62,527 nucleotides of DNA from Phycisphaerae bacterium (lineage in GTDB: Bacteria; Planctomycetota; Phycisphaerae; Phycisphaerales; SM1A02): contig PAHO01000045.1 in NCBI GenBank assembly GCA_002705085.1, positions 1-62,527 of the forward strand, read 5' to 3'. Below are positions 18,252 to 27,438 of the stretch, in pieces. The position numbers were made by a program, and so were the translations under genes. Below the pieces are notes generated by a model. The model had not been told where the DNA came from, did not search any database, and worked only from the letters and a program-made list of their open reading frames with translations. Numbering within the stretch: position 1 is the stretch's first letter; each line of letters starts with the position of its first letter.

Positions 18252-18592
18252 GGTCGGAATTCAAGAGCTCGACGTTTCAGCGCCCCGTGATTTGTTTTTT
18301 CGACTTCCAATTCAATTTGAAATGATCGGTCTTTGGCTGGAATGATCAAATCAAAAGGGGGGACCTCATACCACCTTGGCCGAAGATTCAACGCTGACCG
18401 ATATGGTTCATACCCCTCAAGTTCCAACAACAAATCAGCGGTTCCCCGAAACTTTTCTCGCACCACCATTGGGGTGCGTCCTTTTTCCACCCCGTTCAAT
18501 GTGACCAGTGCCCCTTCTGGATTGGATTCAATTTGAATCCGGGCAGGCCCCCCGCAAGACACCAGAAAACACAGCAAAAGAGAGAATCTCAT
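18248..18592 (-). CDS. PEGA-domain lipoprotein
   Basis: ORF 18248..18592 (-). The lipobox signal is MRFSLLLCFLVSCGG. It is followed by the literal PEGA motif (SNPEGALVTLNGVEKGRTP) and beta-rich sequence. Confidence 0.55.
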   Translation of the reverse strand: MRFSLLLCFLVSCGGPARIQIESNPEGALVTLNGVEKGRTPMVVREKFRGTADLLLELEGYEPYRSALNLRPRWYEVPPFDLIIPAKDRSFQIELEVEKTNHGALKRRALEFRP

Positions 18593-18631
18593 GAGGGGTT
18601 CAGGGTACCTGCAGACGATACGCTAGGGGGT

Positions 18632-19729
18632 ATGGATCGCATCTTTGGACACCAAACTGCGAAATCACATTTGATAGACGCGGTGGCACAGGGAAAGGTT
18701 CCACACGCCCTCTTGTTTGTGGGTCCACAAGGGGTGGGAAAGACAAGTTTGGCCACAGAACTGGCCATGCTCCTTGCTGATCCTGATGCTGGTCCAGACC
18801 TCATGGGCCAGTGGCAAGCTGACTCCTCTGGTCAACTTCGTGAAAGGATGTTTGAACACCGACATCCTGATTTACACCTCATCCGAAGGTTTGATTTGAA
18901 GCACAGCCGATTCCGATCGCTTCGAGATAGGAAAAGTGTCAATCTTCCAATCGGGTACCTTCGTGAGCGATTGTTGGGTGGTGAGGTTGAGGGGAAATCA
19001 TTTTTAGGTCCTATTTTTTTACAGCGGGCAGAAGCAAAATCGAAAGTCTTTTTGATCCCTGAAGCAGATCGATTGCAGTGGGACGCCGCCAACGCATTAC
19101 TTAAGGTTCTTGAAGAACCCCCTGAAGACACCTATCTCCTCTTGGGAACACGAACTGCAGATGCCATTCCAGCAACCATTCGCTCACGGGTCCAAACCAT
19201 CCGACTCCGACGTTTGGATCCGACCGAGATTTCCAATTGGGCCGAACAGCACTTTGATTTTGAAAGTCCTCACCGGACATGGGTTCTGGAACGTGCTGAT
19301 GGTAGACCTGGGAGGGTTCTGGAACTTTCAAAGCTCAACCTGGGTGCGTGGCGGGAAGCAATTGATGCATCTGTGGAAATGATCCGATCACGAAGACCAG
19401 GTCCCATGGGTGTTGCCAAAGTGATTGAAGCTATACAGAATCACATTGATTCGACTGAGAAAGAGAGTAAGAAAAAATCAGATGCTCACGATGTTCGAGA
19501 TGAGACTGTCTCAAAAGATGGTCTCAATAAGGATACGTTCGACCTTTTTTTAGAATTCCTCGAGTTTGAGGTTGTCCGAATGACATTCGAATCGCCCCAA
19601 GAAGAGATTGGTGTTCGTGAGAGTTTGACGGTGGCGAGAAAATGGGTTCAAGGCACACTCAATTGGAAACAGGCTACAGAAGGCTTGTTCACCATGATGG
19701 CCCGACCTGAATTGATCTCAAAAGTTTGA
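18632..19729 (+). CDS. holB: DNA polymerase III delta-prime subunit HolB
   Basis: Within ORF 18533..19729, the in-frame Met at 18632 begins MDRIFGHQTAKSHLIDAVAQGKVPHALLFVGPQGVGKTSLA, the clamp-loader Walker A motif. The SRVQTIRLRRL motif is also present. Starting at 18533 would overlap the divergent PEGA gene. Confidence 0.75.
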   Translation: MDRIFGHQTAKSHLIDAVAQGKVPHALLFVGPQGVGKTSLATELAMLLADPDAGPDLMGQWQADSSGQLRERMFEHRHPDLHLIRRFDLKHSRFRSLRDRKSVNLPIGYLRERLLGGEVEGKSFLGPIFLQRAEAKSKVFLIPEADRLQWDAANALLKVLEEPPEDTYLLLGTRTADAIPATIRSRVQTIRLRRLDPTEISNWAEQHFDFESPHRTWVLERADGRPGRVLELSKLNLGAWREAIDASVEMIRSRRPGPMGVAKVIEAIQNHIDSTEKESKKKSDAHDVRDETVSKDGLNKDTFDLFLEFLEFEVVRMTFESPQEEIGVRESLTVARKWVQGTLNWKQATEGLFTMMARPELISKV

Positions 19730-20716
19730 TGGGGGAAACAATCCACCTTCGCGCCGTGATGATTTTCGAATTACAAGCAGCAACAATATTCCAGCCAAGA
19801 CCATACCAACGCTTAACAGTTGGCCACGGGAGAGACCAAAAGTTCGATCAATACCCACATCGGGTTGACGGACCATTTCAGTAAGAAGTCGGAGTGGGCC
19901 GTAACAACACAGAAATAGAGCACTGATCATTCCTGGTCGCTTCGGTCTCCACCAAGCAATGCAAAGAACGGTTGCCAACAATGGACCCTCCGCCACCGCT
20001 TGGATGAGTTGACTGGGCCAATATGGGGTCAGGAGTGGAATCACAGCTTCCCGAACAACTGCATCTCCCTCGATCAGTTTCGTGTGGATGGTGTTCGCTG
20101 GTTCAGTTGGAAAGATAGTTGCAACGTTGGCCACCACAGATGGCACTGAATCTGGGTGACCTGGCAACATCTCGTTGGGATATTTGACACTCCACCACGG
20201 GGCGGGGCGGGTGGTAACAGGTTCTCCCCAGAGCTCAGCGTTCACAAAGTTGGCGAGACGGCCCAAAAAGAGACCGGGCGTTGCACAAAAGGCGGCCAGA
20301 TCGGCCACATGAAGGGTGTCGTACAAATCCAGTTTGTTTTTTTGAACAAACCATGCTGAAGCAATCAGCACCCCCAACATTCCCCCGTGGCTCGCCATAC
20401 CGCCTTTATGAATTGCCAAGAGTTCCCAAAAGGGAAAAGATGAACCAAAAGTCCAAAGAACATGAGGTTGGTAAAAAAGAGCGAATCCAAAACGGCCACC
20501 AACAATGACCCCTAGGACCATAGCTGTCAGCAATGAATTTGGATCGATCTGTTGACGAGCAAGGGGGCTTCTTCCGGTTTGGACCAGCCTTGCCATCATT
20601 TGTCCGGCAATGATGAATCCTGCGATATACGCCAAGCCATACCAGCGCAGGCCAAACTCGCCTGAAATCCTCAGAAGAAATGGGGAAAGTGTGTGTAGGT
20701 AAGATTCAGCAAGCAC
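19718..20716 (-). CDS. lgt: Prolipoprotein diacylglyceryl transferase Lgt
   Basis: ORF 19718..20716 (-). It is a multi-TM protein with the Lgt signature ...IHKGGMASHGGMLGVL... and LRWYGLAYIAG near the N-terminus. Confidence 0.85.
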   Translation of the reverse strand: MLAESYLHTLSPFLLRISGEFGLRWYGLAYIAGFIIAGQMMARLVQTGRSPLARQQIDPNSLLTAMVLGVIVGGRFGFALFYQPHVLWTFGSSFPFWELLAIHKGGMASHGGMLGVLIASAWFVQKNKLDLYDTLHVADLAAFCATPGLFLGRLANFVNAELWGEPVTTRPAPWWSVKYPNEMLPGHPDSVPSVVANVATIFPTEPANTIHTKLIEGDAVVREAVIPLLTPYWPSQLIQAVAEGPLLATVLCIAWWRPKRPGMISALFLCCYGPLRLLTEMVRQPDVGIDRTFGLSRGQLLSVGMVLAGILLLLVIRKSSRREGGLFPPSNF

Positions 20717-20742
20717 CAGACGGAAATCCTAACCAAGCAACC

Positions 20743-21813
20743 ATGAGCAACCACTCACCCCCACCGGAATTTGATGAAAACCCTGATCGACCTGTGTCTA
20801 TTGGGGAAGCAACTGAGCAGTTACTTAGTGGCGGAACGCTGTCGTACGAACTTACTTGTCAAGTATTTGAAAGCATGATGACAGGGCGAGTGCACCATGC
20901 TGAAATTGGGGCACTGTTGGGCATCCTGGCCACGCGAGTTCCTACTGGTGATGAAATCGCTGGTGCGGCCACGATCATGAGAAAACATGTCCGGAAGGTG
21001 GAGACATCTGTTGATCGAACTTCCCTTTTAGACACTGCGGGAACCGGGGGGGCACCGAAAACATTTAACGTTTCGACCGCGGCGGCCATTGTGGCGGCAG
21101 CTGGTGGTGCAAACGTGGCCAAACATGGCAACAAGTCCCGGACTGGTCGTGGCTCAGCGGAGCTTCTTGAGGGACTGGGGGTCAACATCCGGGCCCCGCT
21201 CGAGGTGCAGACCCGATGTCTTGATGAGTTTGGTGTGTGTTTCTGCTTTGCCCCCAACCATCACCCTGCGACCAAACATGTCATGCCGGTGCGAAAAGCT
21301 TTGGGGTTCCCGACCATCTTCAACCTGCTCGGTCCACTGACCAACCCGGTTCAAGCTGGTCGACAACTTATGGGGGTGTATGGAGAGCAGTTTCTTGCCC
21401 CGGTCGCCAAGGCTTTTCAAGAACTTGGCACAGTGCACACCATCGTGATGCATTCTGAAGATGGGTTGGATGAAATTTCGATTTCAGCAAAGACGCGAGG
21501 GTATGAAATTCGTGGGTCCGAGATCCAGCCGTTCTGTTGCGAGCCTGAGCAATTTGGATTTGAAAGGGTGGAACGATCGTTGGTGACCACAAACTCTCTT
21601 TCTGAGTCCATTGAATTGGTGAAGAAAATATTGAATGGACAAGAAGATGGACCGGCTCGAAATATGGTGATGATGTCTTCGGGAGTGTCTCTGTATCTCT
21701 GTGGTTTGTCAGATTCACTTGAAAGTGGTGTCAAAGAAGCTGGTCATTTGATTCAAAGTGGGAAGGCCCAAGAGATTCTTGAGAAGCTCATCGCCTACAC
21801 CTCAACAAAATAA
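20743..21813 (+). CDS. trpD: Anthranilate phosphoribosyltransferase TrpD
   Basis: Within ORF 20680..21813, the Met at 20743 (MSNHSPPPEF...) is the likely start. The conserved TrpD block is present: DTAGTGGAPKTFNVSTAAAIVAAAGGANVAKHGNKSRTGRGSAELLEGLG. No other trp genes are adjacent. Confidence 0.8.
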   Translation: MSNHSPPPEFDENPDRPVSIGEATEQLLSGGTLSYELTCQVFESMMTGRVHHAEIGALLGILATRVPTGDEIAGAATIMRKHVRKVETSVDRTSLLDTAGTGGAPKTFNVSTAAAIVAAAGGANVAKHGNKSRTGRGSAELLEGLGVNIRAPLEVQTRCLDEFGVCFCFAPNHHPATKHVMPVRKALGFPTIFNLLGPLTNPVQAGRQLMGVYGEQFLAPVAKAFQELGTVHTIVMHSEDGLDEISISAKTRGYEIRGSEIQPFCCEPEQFGFERVERSLVTTNSLSESIELVKKILNGQEDGPARNMVMMSSGVSLYLCGLSDSLESGVKEAGHLIQSGKAQEILEKLIAYTSTK

Positions 21814-21815
21814 GG

Positions 21816-22727
21816 ATGGAAAAAATGAGTAAAAAAGAAGTTCAGGTGTCTCCAACATTGATTGGTTTCGTTGTTTTGTTGATTTTGGTTGGCCCAGTTC
21901 TTCTTCGCTGTGTCAAGACTGTTGATCCTGGATACGTCTCGGTGGCGACATTCTTTGGTGAAGTTCAAAAGGAAACCTATGGACCTGGATTGCATTTTCC
22001 AGTCAACCCCCTGCTTTCTTTCACCGAGTTTGATGTCCGGAACAAAGAGCACAAAGAAAGAATTGGCGTTCCTAGTCAAGATCAACTCACAACAGAAATT
22101 GATGTTTCTGTCAAATATCACATCGATGGGGGTATGGTCGGCCGAATTCTTGAAGAGACCGGTTTGGCTGAACAAGTGCTTTCGGTGCACATCACGCCAG
22201 CTGTACGTTCAATCGTTCGAGAGCAAGGAAAAAGCATTGCTCGGGCTGAAGATTTCTTCCGGGAAGAAACCCAGGAACAATTGCAAAACGGGGTTTTGAC
22301 CCAATTGATGGATTCTCTTAGTGACAAAGGGGTGGTCGTCGAGCAAGTTCTTATTCGAGATATTGACCTTCCTAAGAATCTGATCCAGCAGATCGAGAGG
22401 AAAAAGGAAGCTGAACAAGAGGTTGAGCGGCAAAAGGCGGAATTGGAAAAATTCAGAACCCAACAAGAACAAAAGGTGGCTGAAGCAGAGGCCAAACTGG
22501 AAGCAGCTGAAAAAGAGGCTCAGACAATCAGGTTGTTGGCTGAAGCGAAAGCTTTTGAAATCCAGACTTTGACAGAGGCGTTAGCCAACGCCCCTGGTTA
22601 CATCCAACTTCAGGCGCTTGACGCACTCCAAGCGATTTCACAAGACCCGGCGGCCAAGTTGTATTTCATGAATGGAGATGCCCCAATGCCTCTTCCATTG
22701 ATGAACATGGGGATGGACAATAAATAG
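21816..22727 (+). CDS. SPFH/Band-7 (prohibitin/HflC-like) membrane protein
   Basis: ORF 21816..22727. It has an N-terminal TM segment followed by an SPFH domain (VDPGYVSVATFFGEVQ..., ...VEQVLIRDIDLP...). The C-terminus is an E/K/A/Q coiled coil. Confidence 0.75.
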   Translation: MEKMSKKEVQVSPTLIGFVVLLILVGPVLLRCVKTVDPGYVSVATFFGEVQKETYGPGLHFPVNPLLSFTEFDVRNKEHKERIGVPSQDQLTTEIDVSVKYHIDGGMVGRILEETGLAEQVLSVHITPAVRSIVREQGKSIARAEDFFREETQEQLQNGVLTQLMDSLSDKGVVVEQVLIRDIDLPKNLIQQIERKKEAEQEVERQKAELEKFRTQQEQKVAEAEAKLEAAEKEAQTIRLLAEAKAFEIQTLTEALANAPGYIQLQALDALQAISQDPAAKLYFMNGDAPMPLPLMNMGMDNK

Positions 22728-22761
22728 GAGAGGAAAGATATTCCTCTCTTCTCTCTTATTT
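22727..22761 (+). terminator. Probable intrinsic terminator after the SPFH gene
   Basis: A hairpin ggagaggaa-agata-ttcctctct overlaps the TAG stop at 22725-22727 and is followed by the T-rich tctctcttattt. Confidence 0.45.
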
Positions 22762-22985
22762 GCCCCTAGAGCGAATGTGGACAAGCTTCCAAGGGAACCA
22801 TATAAAGCATTTTGATGAAAGCGTTTGAGGGGAAAATAGAACTGATAGGAAGTTGTCGATTTGGTTGACACCTTCTCCCGGACAATGTTCGCTCCTGATC
22901 ACCAAGCACATCAACCCTTGTCCATTGACTTCACAGAAAGAAAATCCAGACCACCCCCAAAAGGCAAGTTATCAACACACAACTG

Positions 22986-24326
22986 TCAGGCGGCGTGCTC
23001 GGATTCCTGCTCTCCAAGGAGCATCTGTTCGATGATTTGCACCTCGCTGGCCACCGTTTCATCTTCTTCCCGTCGCCTGGTGACCGCTTTCACAGCATGC
23101 ATAACAGTGGTGTGGTCTCGCCCACCAAAGTAGGACCCAATCTCCTCCAAACTGTACCTCGTGTACCGCCGGGCCAACCACATCCCGAGTTGTCGTGGCA
23201 TTGCCACAGACTTATGTCGACGACGCGACAGCAAGTCGGTCAATTTCAAGTCGTAGTAGTGGCTGATCGCATCCATGATGTCCTGGATACTTGGTGTTGA
23301 AGATCTTGGTGCATCCCCATCATCGATACCAATAGCAATTTTCGCCAAATCCAACGTGATCGGAAGCTGCTGGAGAACATGGAGTGAATGAATACGGGTA
23401 AGTGCCCCCTCCAGCTCTCGGATGTTCCCATCAACTCGGGCCGCCAAGAATGCCGCCACGTTTTCACTAAGTTGGAATCCATGGAGCTTCGCTTTTTGGT
23501 GAACAATGGCAACCCTCGTCTCGAATGCAGGAGCCTCAATCCGAGTGACCAAACCAGAAGAGAACCGACTGACCAATCGCTCTTCGAGTTGTGGAATATC
23601 GGATGGGGCTGCGTTGGCAGTCAACACAACTTGTTTTCCAGCCTGATGCAGGGTGTTAAAGGTGTGAAAGAATTCTTCTTGAACCTTTTCTCTCCCCCCC
23701 AATTCCTGAATGTCGTCAATAAGAAGAACATCCAAATCTCGATAACGAGATCGGAATTCGGCCACATTTTGACGTACCAGCGCTTCTTGGAAATTTGTAG
23801 AAAACTCCTCGCAAGTGGTCAACATCCATCTTGTATGCCCCCCTGTGGTGTTCAGTCGGTGGGCGATCGACTGCAACAAATGGGTTTTTCCAAGACCAAC
23901 ATTGGAGTACAAAAACAACGGGTTGTAAGACCGTCCAGGTCGGTCACACACAGCGATTGAGGCTGCGTTGGCCAACTGGTTGTTTGATCCAACCACAAAT
24001 TGATCAAAGGTGAGGTCGGGGCTGAGGATAACCACCTGTTGACTTTCGTTTGCAGCAGGAAGCAGGGGAGATTCCAACTCAGATTCCTCAACAAATTTCA
24101 AACCCAACAAGCGGCCGGTTACAGCTTGGGCAGCTTCCTGGAAGGTGTCTACAGCCTTGTTTTCCAAGTAGCGTCGGTGGACATCTTGCTTCACCAAGAT
24201 GGTCAGCACACCACCCTCAACCCCAAGAGGTTCAAGATCAGCAAACCATTGTCGGTACATTGCTGTGTGGTTGTTTCGAATGAAGTGAAGCAGACGATCT
24301 TTCAATTGAGGGTCGGGACGCACCAT
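22986..24326 (-). CDS. dnaA: Chromosomal replication initiator DnaA
   Basis: ORF 22986..24350 (-). I place the start at the Met at 24326 (MVRPDPQLKDRLLHFIRNN...), which has AAGGAG 5 nt upstream. The AAA+ Walker A GLGKTHLL, the sensor motifs and the C-terminal DNA-binding domain (...HTTVMHAVKAV...) are all present. Confidence 0.9.
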   Translation of the reverse strand: MVRPDPQLKDRLLHFIRNNHTAMYRQWFADLEPLGVEGGVLTILVKQDVHRRYLENKAVDTFQEAAQAVTGRLLGLKFVEESELESPLLPAANESQQVVILSPDLTFDQFVVGSNNQLANAASIAVCDRPGRSYNPLFLYSNVGLGKTHLLQSIAHRLNTTGGHTRWMLTTCEEFSTNFQEALVRQNVAEFRSRYRDLDVLLIDDIQELGGREKVQEEFFHTFNTLHQAGKQVVLTANAAPSDIPQLEERLVSRFSSGLVTRIEAPAFETRVAIVHQKAKLHGFQLSENVAAFLAARVDGNIRELEGALTRIHSLHVLQQLPITLDLAKIAIGIDDGDAPRSSTPSIQDIMDAISHYYDLKLTDLLSRRRHKSVAMPRQLGMWLARRYTRYSLEEIGSYFGGRDHTTVMHAVKAVTRRREEDETVASEVQIIEQMLLGEQESEHAA

Positions 24327-24592
24327 GGTTGACTCCTTACGCCAAGGCACCCTTCAGCACGAAGAATGCGATATCCACAAGTTGCCCTGAACAAGCAACT
24401 TCACGAGATCGATTGGGTGTACCAATCGAGATTGAGTGGATCCACCCACCCCTGGGAAAGATCCAACCTGCTACCGATATGGTTCAAATGGGGAGCGAAC
24501 CAGTCATTCGGGAGCACGAACCGTCAACAACGTTGACTGAATGGTGAATGTATGTGGATGTTTACAAATGAGCAAGCAGAAAACCCAAACCT

Positions 24593-25507
24593 TTATGAAG
24601 ACTCTGCTTCCCTCGATTCTAGATTGTGGATTTGTTGTTCATACCGAGCGGTATTCCGCGGCCCATCCATCAGAATGTGGACTTTTTCGCCCCCAGGGAT
24701 GCGATCCAGCTCCTCTCGGGCCAATTGAATGTTTGAACGTCTCGAGAGGTGGATCGCAACCACACAATCAGATTCCCAGGTTGGAAGCAAAGTCCGAAGG
24801 TCTTCCACGTGCAAATGTTTGCCTGCACCTGCTCGCTTTCGTTCATCTGCCGCAAAAAACGTGCATTCAGTAATCACAATCTTCGCAGTGGCAACATCAG
24901 GGTGCATCAGTGCGGGGCACAATTGGGTGTCACCCGTATAAGCCACCCAAACATGCTCATGAACATCTGTGATTTGAGTGCCCCCAGAACGAAGAGTTTT
25001 CAATTGTTCTTGGGGTAAACCATGAAACTCGGGTTTCAGTTTTTTCCTTTTCTCCACCACACAGTACCCCTGAGAAGGCACGGTATGACTGGTCTCAAAA
25101 GGCCGTAAATACAAATCAGGCTTTAACTCCCACTCTTCCCCCGGAGCCAAACCCACCAGCTCAAACGGTGTTCTTTGCCGCTCAAGACCAATCCAACTTT
25201 TCATCATGTCTCGAAGGGGGATTACCAAAGATGGTGGGCAAACAACCGTTCCAGTCCCCATACCCTGAAAGTTTCGTTGGCTGAAGTAATAAGGAAGCCC
25301 ACCAATGTGGTCCATATGGCCATGAGAGATGGCGGTAACACCAGCAGCCAAAGCCCACCTTGGGCAACTCCCGAGATCAAAATTCAACCCGAGCTCGGGA
25401 ATTTGAATCACGGTGTGTTCACCAGCAACCGACTCCCCCTGGATTCGGTAAGGGGGCTCATAAATAAATCCAGTACGTGGACCACGGGGGGGTGGTTTGG
25501 GCAGCAT
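24593..25507 (-). CDS. Metallo-beta-lactamase-fold hydrolase, ribonuclease Z-like
   Basis: ORF 24593..25534 (-). It has the HxHxDH motif (ISHGHMDHIGGLPYY) and further His/Asp ligands downstream. Its ~300-aa length fits short-form RNase Z. The start is either 25534 or the Met at 25507. Confidence 0.55.
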   Translation of the reverse strand: MLPKPPPRGPRTGFIYEPPYRIQGESVAGEHTVIQIPELGLNFDLGSCPRWALAAGVTAISHGHMDHIGGLPYYFSQRNFQGMGTGTVVCPPSLVIPLRDMMKSWIGLERQRTPFELVGLAPGEEWELKPDLYLRPFETSHTVPSQGYCVVEKRKKLKPEFHGLPQEQLKTLRSGGTQITDVHEHVWVAYTGDTQLCPALMHPDVATAKIVITECTFFAADERKRAGAGKHLHVEDLRTLLPTWESDCVVAIHLSRRSNIQLAREELDRIPGGEKVHILMDGPRNTARYEQQIHNLESREAESS

Positions 25508-25576
25508 TTGGAATCTCCCAATCCGAGGCGTCAACCTCGGAGGGCATTGTGAATGAAAGCAAAAATAATACTCAAT

Positions 25577-26527
25577 TCACGCCTTGCGCTGAACAGACTG
25601 GTTCGCAAACATGATCAACCGATCTCGGGCAGGGTGATCATCAAGAATCTTCAAAGCCTTTATCGCACATTCCACATGATCACACGCAAAATCATGGGCT
25701 TTTTGAAAACCACCATATTCAACAATAAATTCCCGCCTACTTTCAACATTCAGCGGCAAATTGATCCCCGAAGCTTCTCGGGCCAAGATTCCGGGCAGGG
25801 TTAATTTCCCCAGAGCAGCATCTCTACCCGCGGACTTCCCAATTTTTTCTGACGAAGATTCAGCATCCAAGATGTCATCCTGAATTTGAAAAGCGATCCC
25901 CAAGTGGTTGGCGTACGTCTCTAAAGCATCTAAAACGCCAACTTTAGATGTACCCAAACTCCCACCAAGTCTGGCACACGCCACCAAGAGTGCACTTGTT
26001 TTTCCAGAAACAATATCCAGGTACTCATTTACACCGAGTTGGTCATCACCCCGCTTGACCAATTGGTGAATTTCTCCTGCACAAACCAGTCGGGTTGCTT
26101 CCCCCAAAGCTAAATCAAAATCCGGTCGACCCAATGAAGCAACCAGCCGGAAAGAACTTGCAATCAACCAGTCTCCCAAAATCACCGCAGCCTCGTTGCC
26201 CCGCAAAGCGTTGATGGTTGGTGTGTTGCGTCTTAAATCCGCCTCATCGAGAACATCATCATGCACCAAAGTTGAGATGTGGATCAACTCCACCGTTGCC
26301 GACAACACTCGGGCCGCTTCAGATCCCGGATCAGCTCCACAGACTTCAGCACACGTCAAAGTGAGGGCGGGGCGAAGCATTTTCCCTCGAAAATGAGCCA
26401 CTGAAGGGATCAACTCCTGCAGCCCAGGCCGCTCTGACTGGATAGCCCGATCCATTTCTTGACGTACAGCACCCAGCAGGGGTTCAAGAGCACCAAGAGC
26501 CTCAGAAGGTGTAGCAGAAAATCCCAT
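25577..26527 (-). CDS. Polyprenyl diphosphate synthase (trans-isoprenyl diphosphate synthase family)
   Basis: ORF 25577..26557 (-). The first Asp-rich motif LIHISTLVHDDVLDEADLRR and the second FQIQDDILD are present. The likely start is the Met at 26527. Confidence 0.75.
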   Translation of the reverse strand: MGFSATPSEALGALEPLLGAVRQEMDRAIQSERPGLQELIPSVAHFRGKMLRPALTLTCAEVCGADPGSEAARVLSATVELIHISTLVHDDVLDEADLRRNTPTINALRGNEAAVILGDWLIASSFRLVASLGRPDFDLALGEATRLVCAGEIHQLVKRGDDQLGVNEYLDIVSGKTSALLVACARLGGSLGTSKVGVLDALETYANHLGIAFQIQDDILDAESSSEKIGKSAGRDAALGKLTLPGILAREASGINLPLNVESRREFIVEYGGFQKAHDFACDHVECAIKALKILDDHPARDRLIMFANQSVQRKA

Positions 26528-26565
26528 AGGAATCGAGTATAGGCTCGCTCTGTACACTTCTTGTT

Positions 26566-27438
26566 ATGGCCTCAGGTACCTCAAAACGCTCTGAAAAGAA
26601 GAAGAACAAGAAGAATCCAAAACCCAATCAATCGTGGAGGACGGCAGAAACCGCAGATCGCCACGAGTTGTACGAGTTGTCGGTTCAAAATGTTGAAGGC
26701 GAGGTTGAGCTGGTTCAACAATTTTTCTCAGATCTTGGGGAGGGGGTTTGCAGCCGAATTCGTGAAGATTTTTGTGGTACCGGTCAATTTTCAGCAGCCT
26801 GGGCCAAGTCCGACCCAAGTCGATCCGCGGTTGGTGTTGATCTTGATGCAGAGGTTTTGGAATGGGGCCGGGGCAAACTCGAAGAACGTCTGGATGAGGA
26901 AACGCAGAATCGGGTGGAACTTCTTGAAGGCGATGTGCTGCAGGTCACCGGCAATCCGGTTGACGCGGTCTTGGCGACCAACTTTTCGTACTACTTGTTC
27001 AAAACAAGATCAGAACTCAAAAACTATTTCATGACCGCCCGGAAACACATTCGTCCTGGAGGAATCTTCATCATGGATGCCTATGGGGGAAGTGAGAGTT
27101 TTGAAGAACAAGAAGAAGAACGTGACTTGGATGGGTTCATCTACGTGTGGGATCAAAACCATTACAACCCCATCACTGGCGATGTGATCAACCACATCCA
27201 CTTCCGGTTCCCTGATGGGACCGAGATGAATAAAGCCTTCACCTACGAGTGGCGACTTTGGACACTTCCAGAACTTCAAGAATTATTGCTTGAGGCAGGT
27301 TTTCGATCAGTCAATGTGTACTGGGAAGGAACCATTGAGGAGGGTGACGAAGAGGGGGAAGGCGATGGTGAATTTAAGCAGACAAGGGTCGGTGAAGCAT
27401 GCCAGGGGTGGATTGCTTACCTCGTGGCCCAGCCGTGA
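26566..27438 (+). CDS. Class I SAM-dependent methyltransferase with Lys-rich N-terminal tail
   Basis: ORF 26566..27438. The Rossmann-type motif I region is (VGVDLDAEVLE..) and the protein has the methyltransferase fold length. The N-terminus is MASGTSKRSEKKKNKKNPKPN. I cannot assign a specific substrate. Confidence 0.55.
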   Translation: MASGTSKRSEKKKNKKNPKPNQSWRTAETADRHELYELSVQNVEGEVELVQQFFSDLGEGVCSRIREDFCGTGQFSAAWAKSDPSRSAVGVDLDAEVLEWGRGKLEERLDEETQNRVELLEGDVLQVTGNPVDAVLATNFSYYLFKTRSELKNYFMTARKHIRPGGIFIMDAYGGSESFEEQEEERDLDGFIYVWDQNHYNPITGDVINHIHFRFPDGTEMNKAFTYEWRLWTLPELQELLLEAGFRSVNVYWEGTIEEGDEEGEGDGEFKQTRVGEACQGWIAYLVAQP

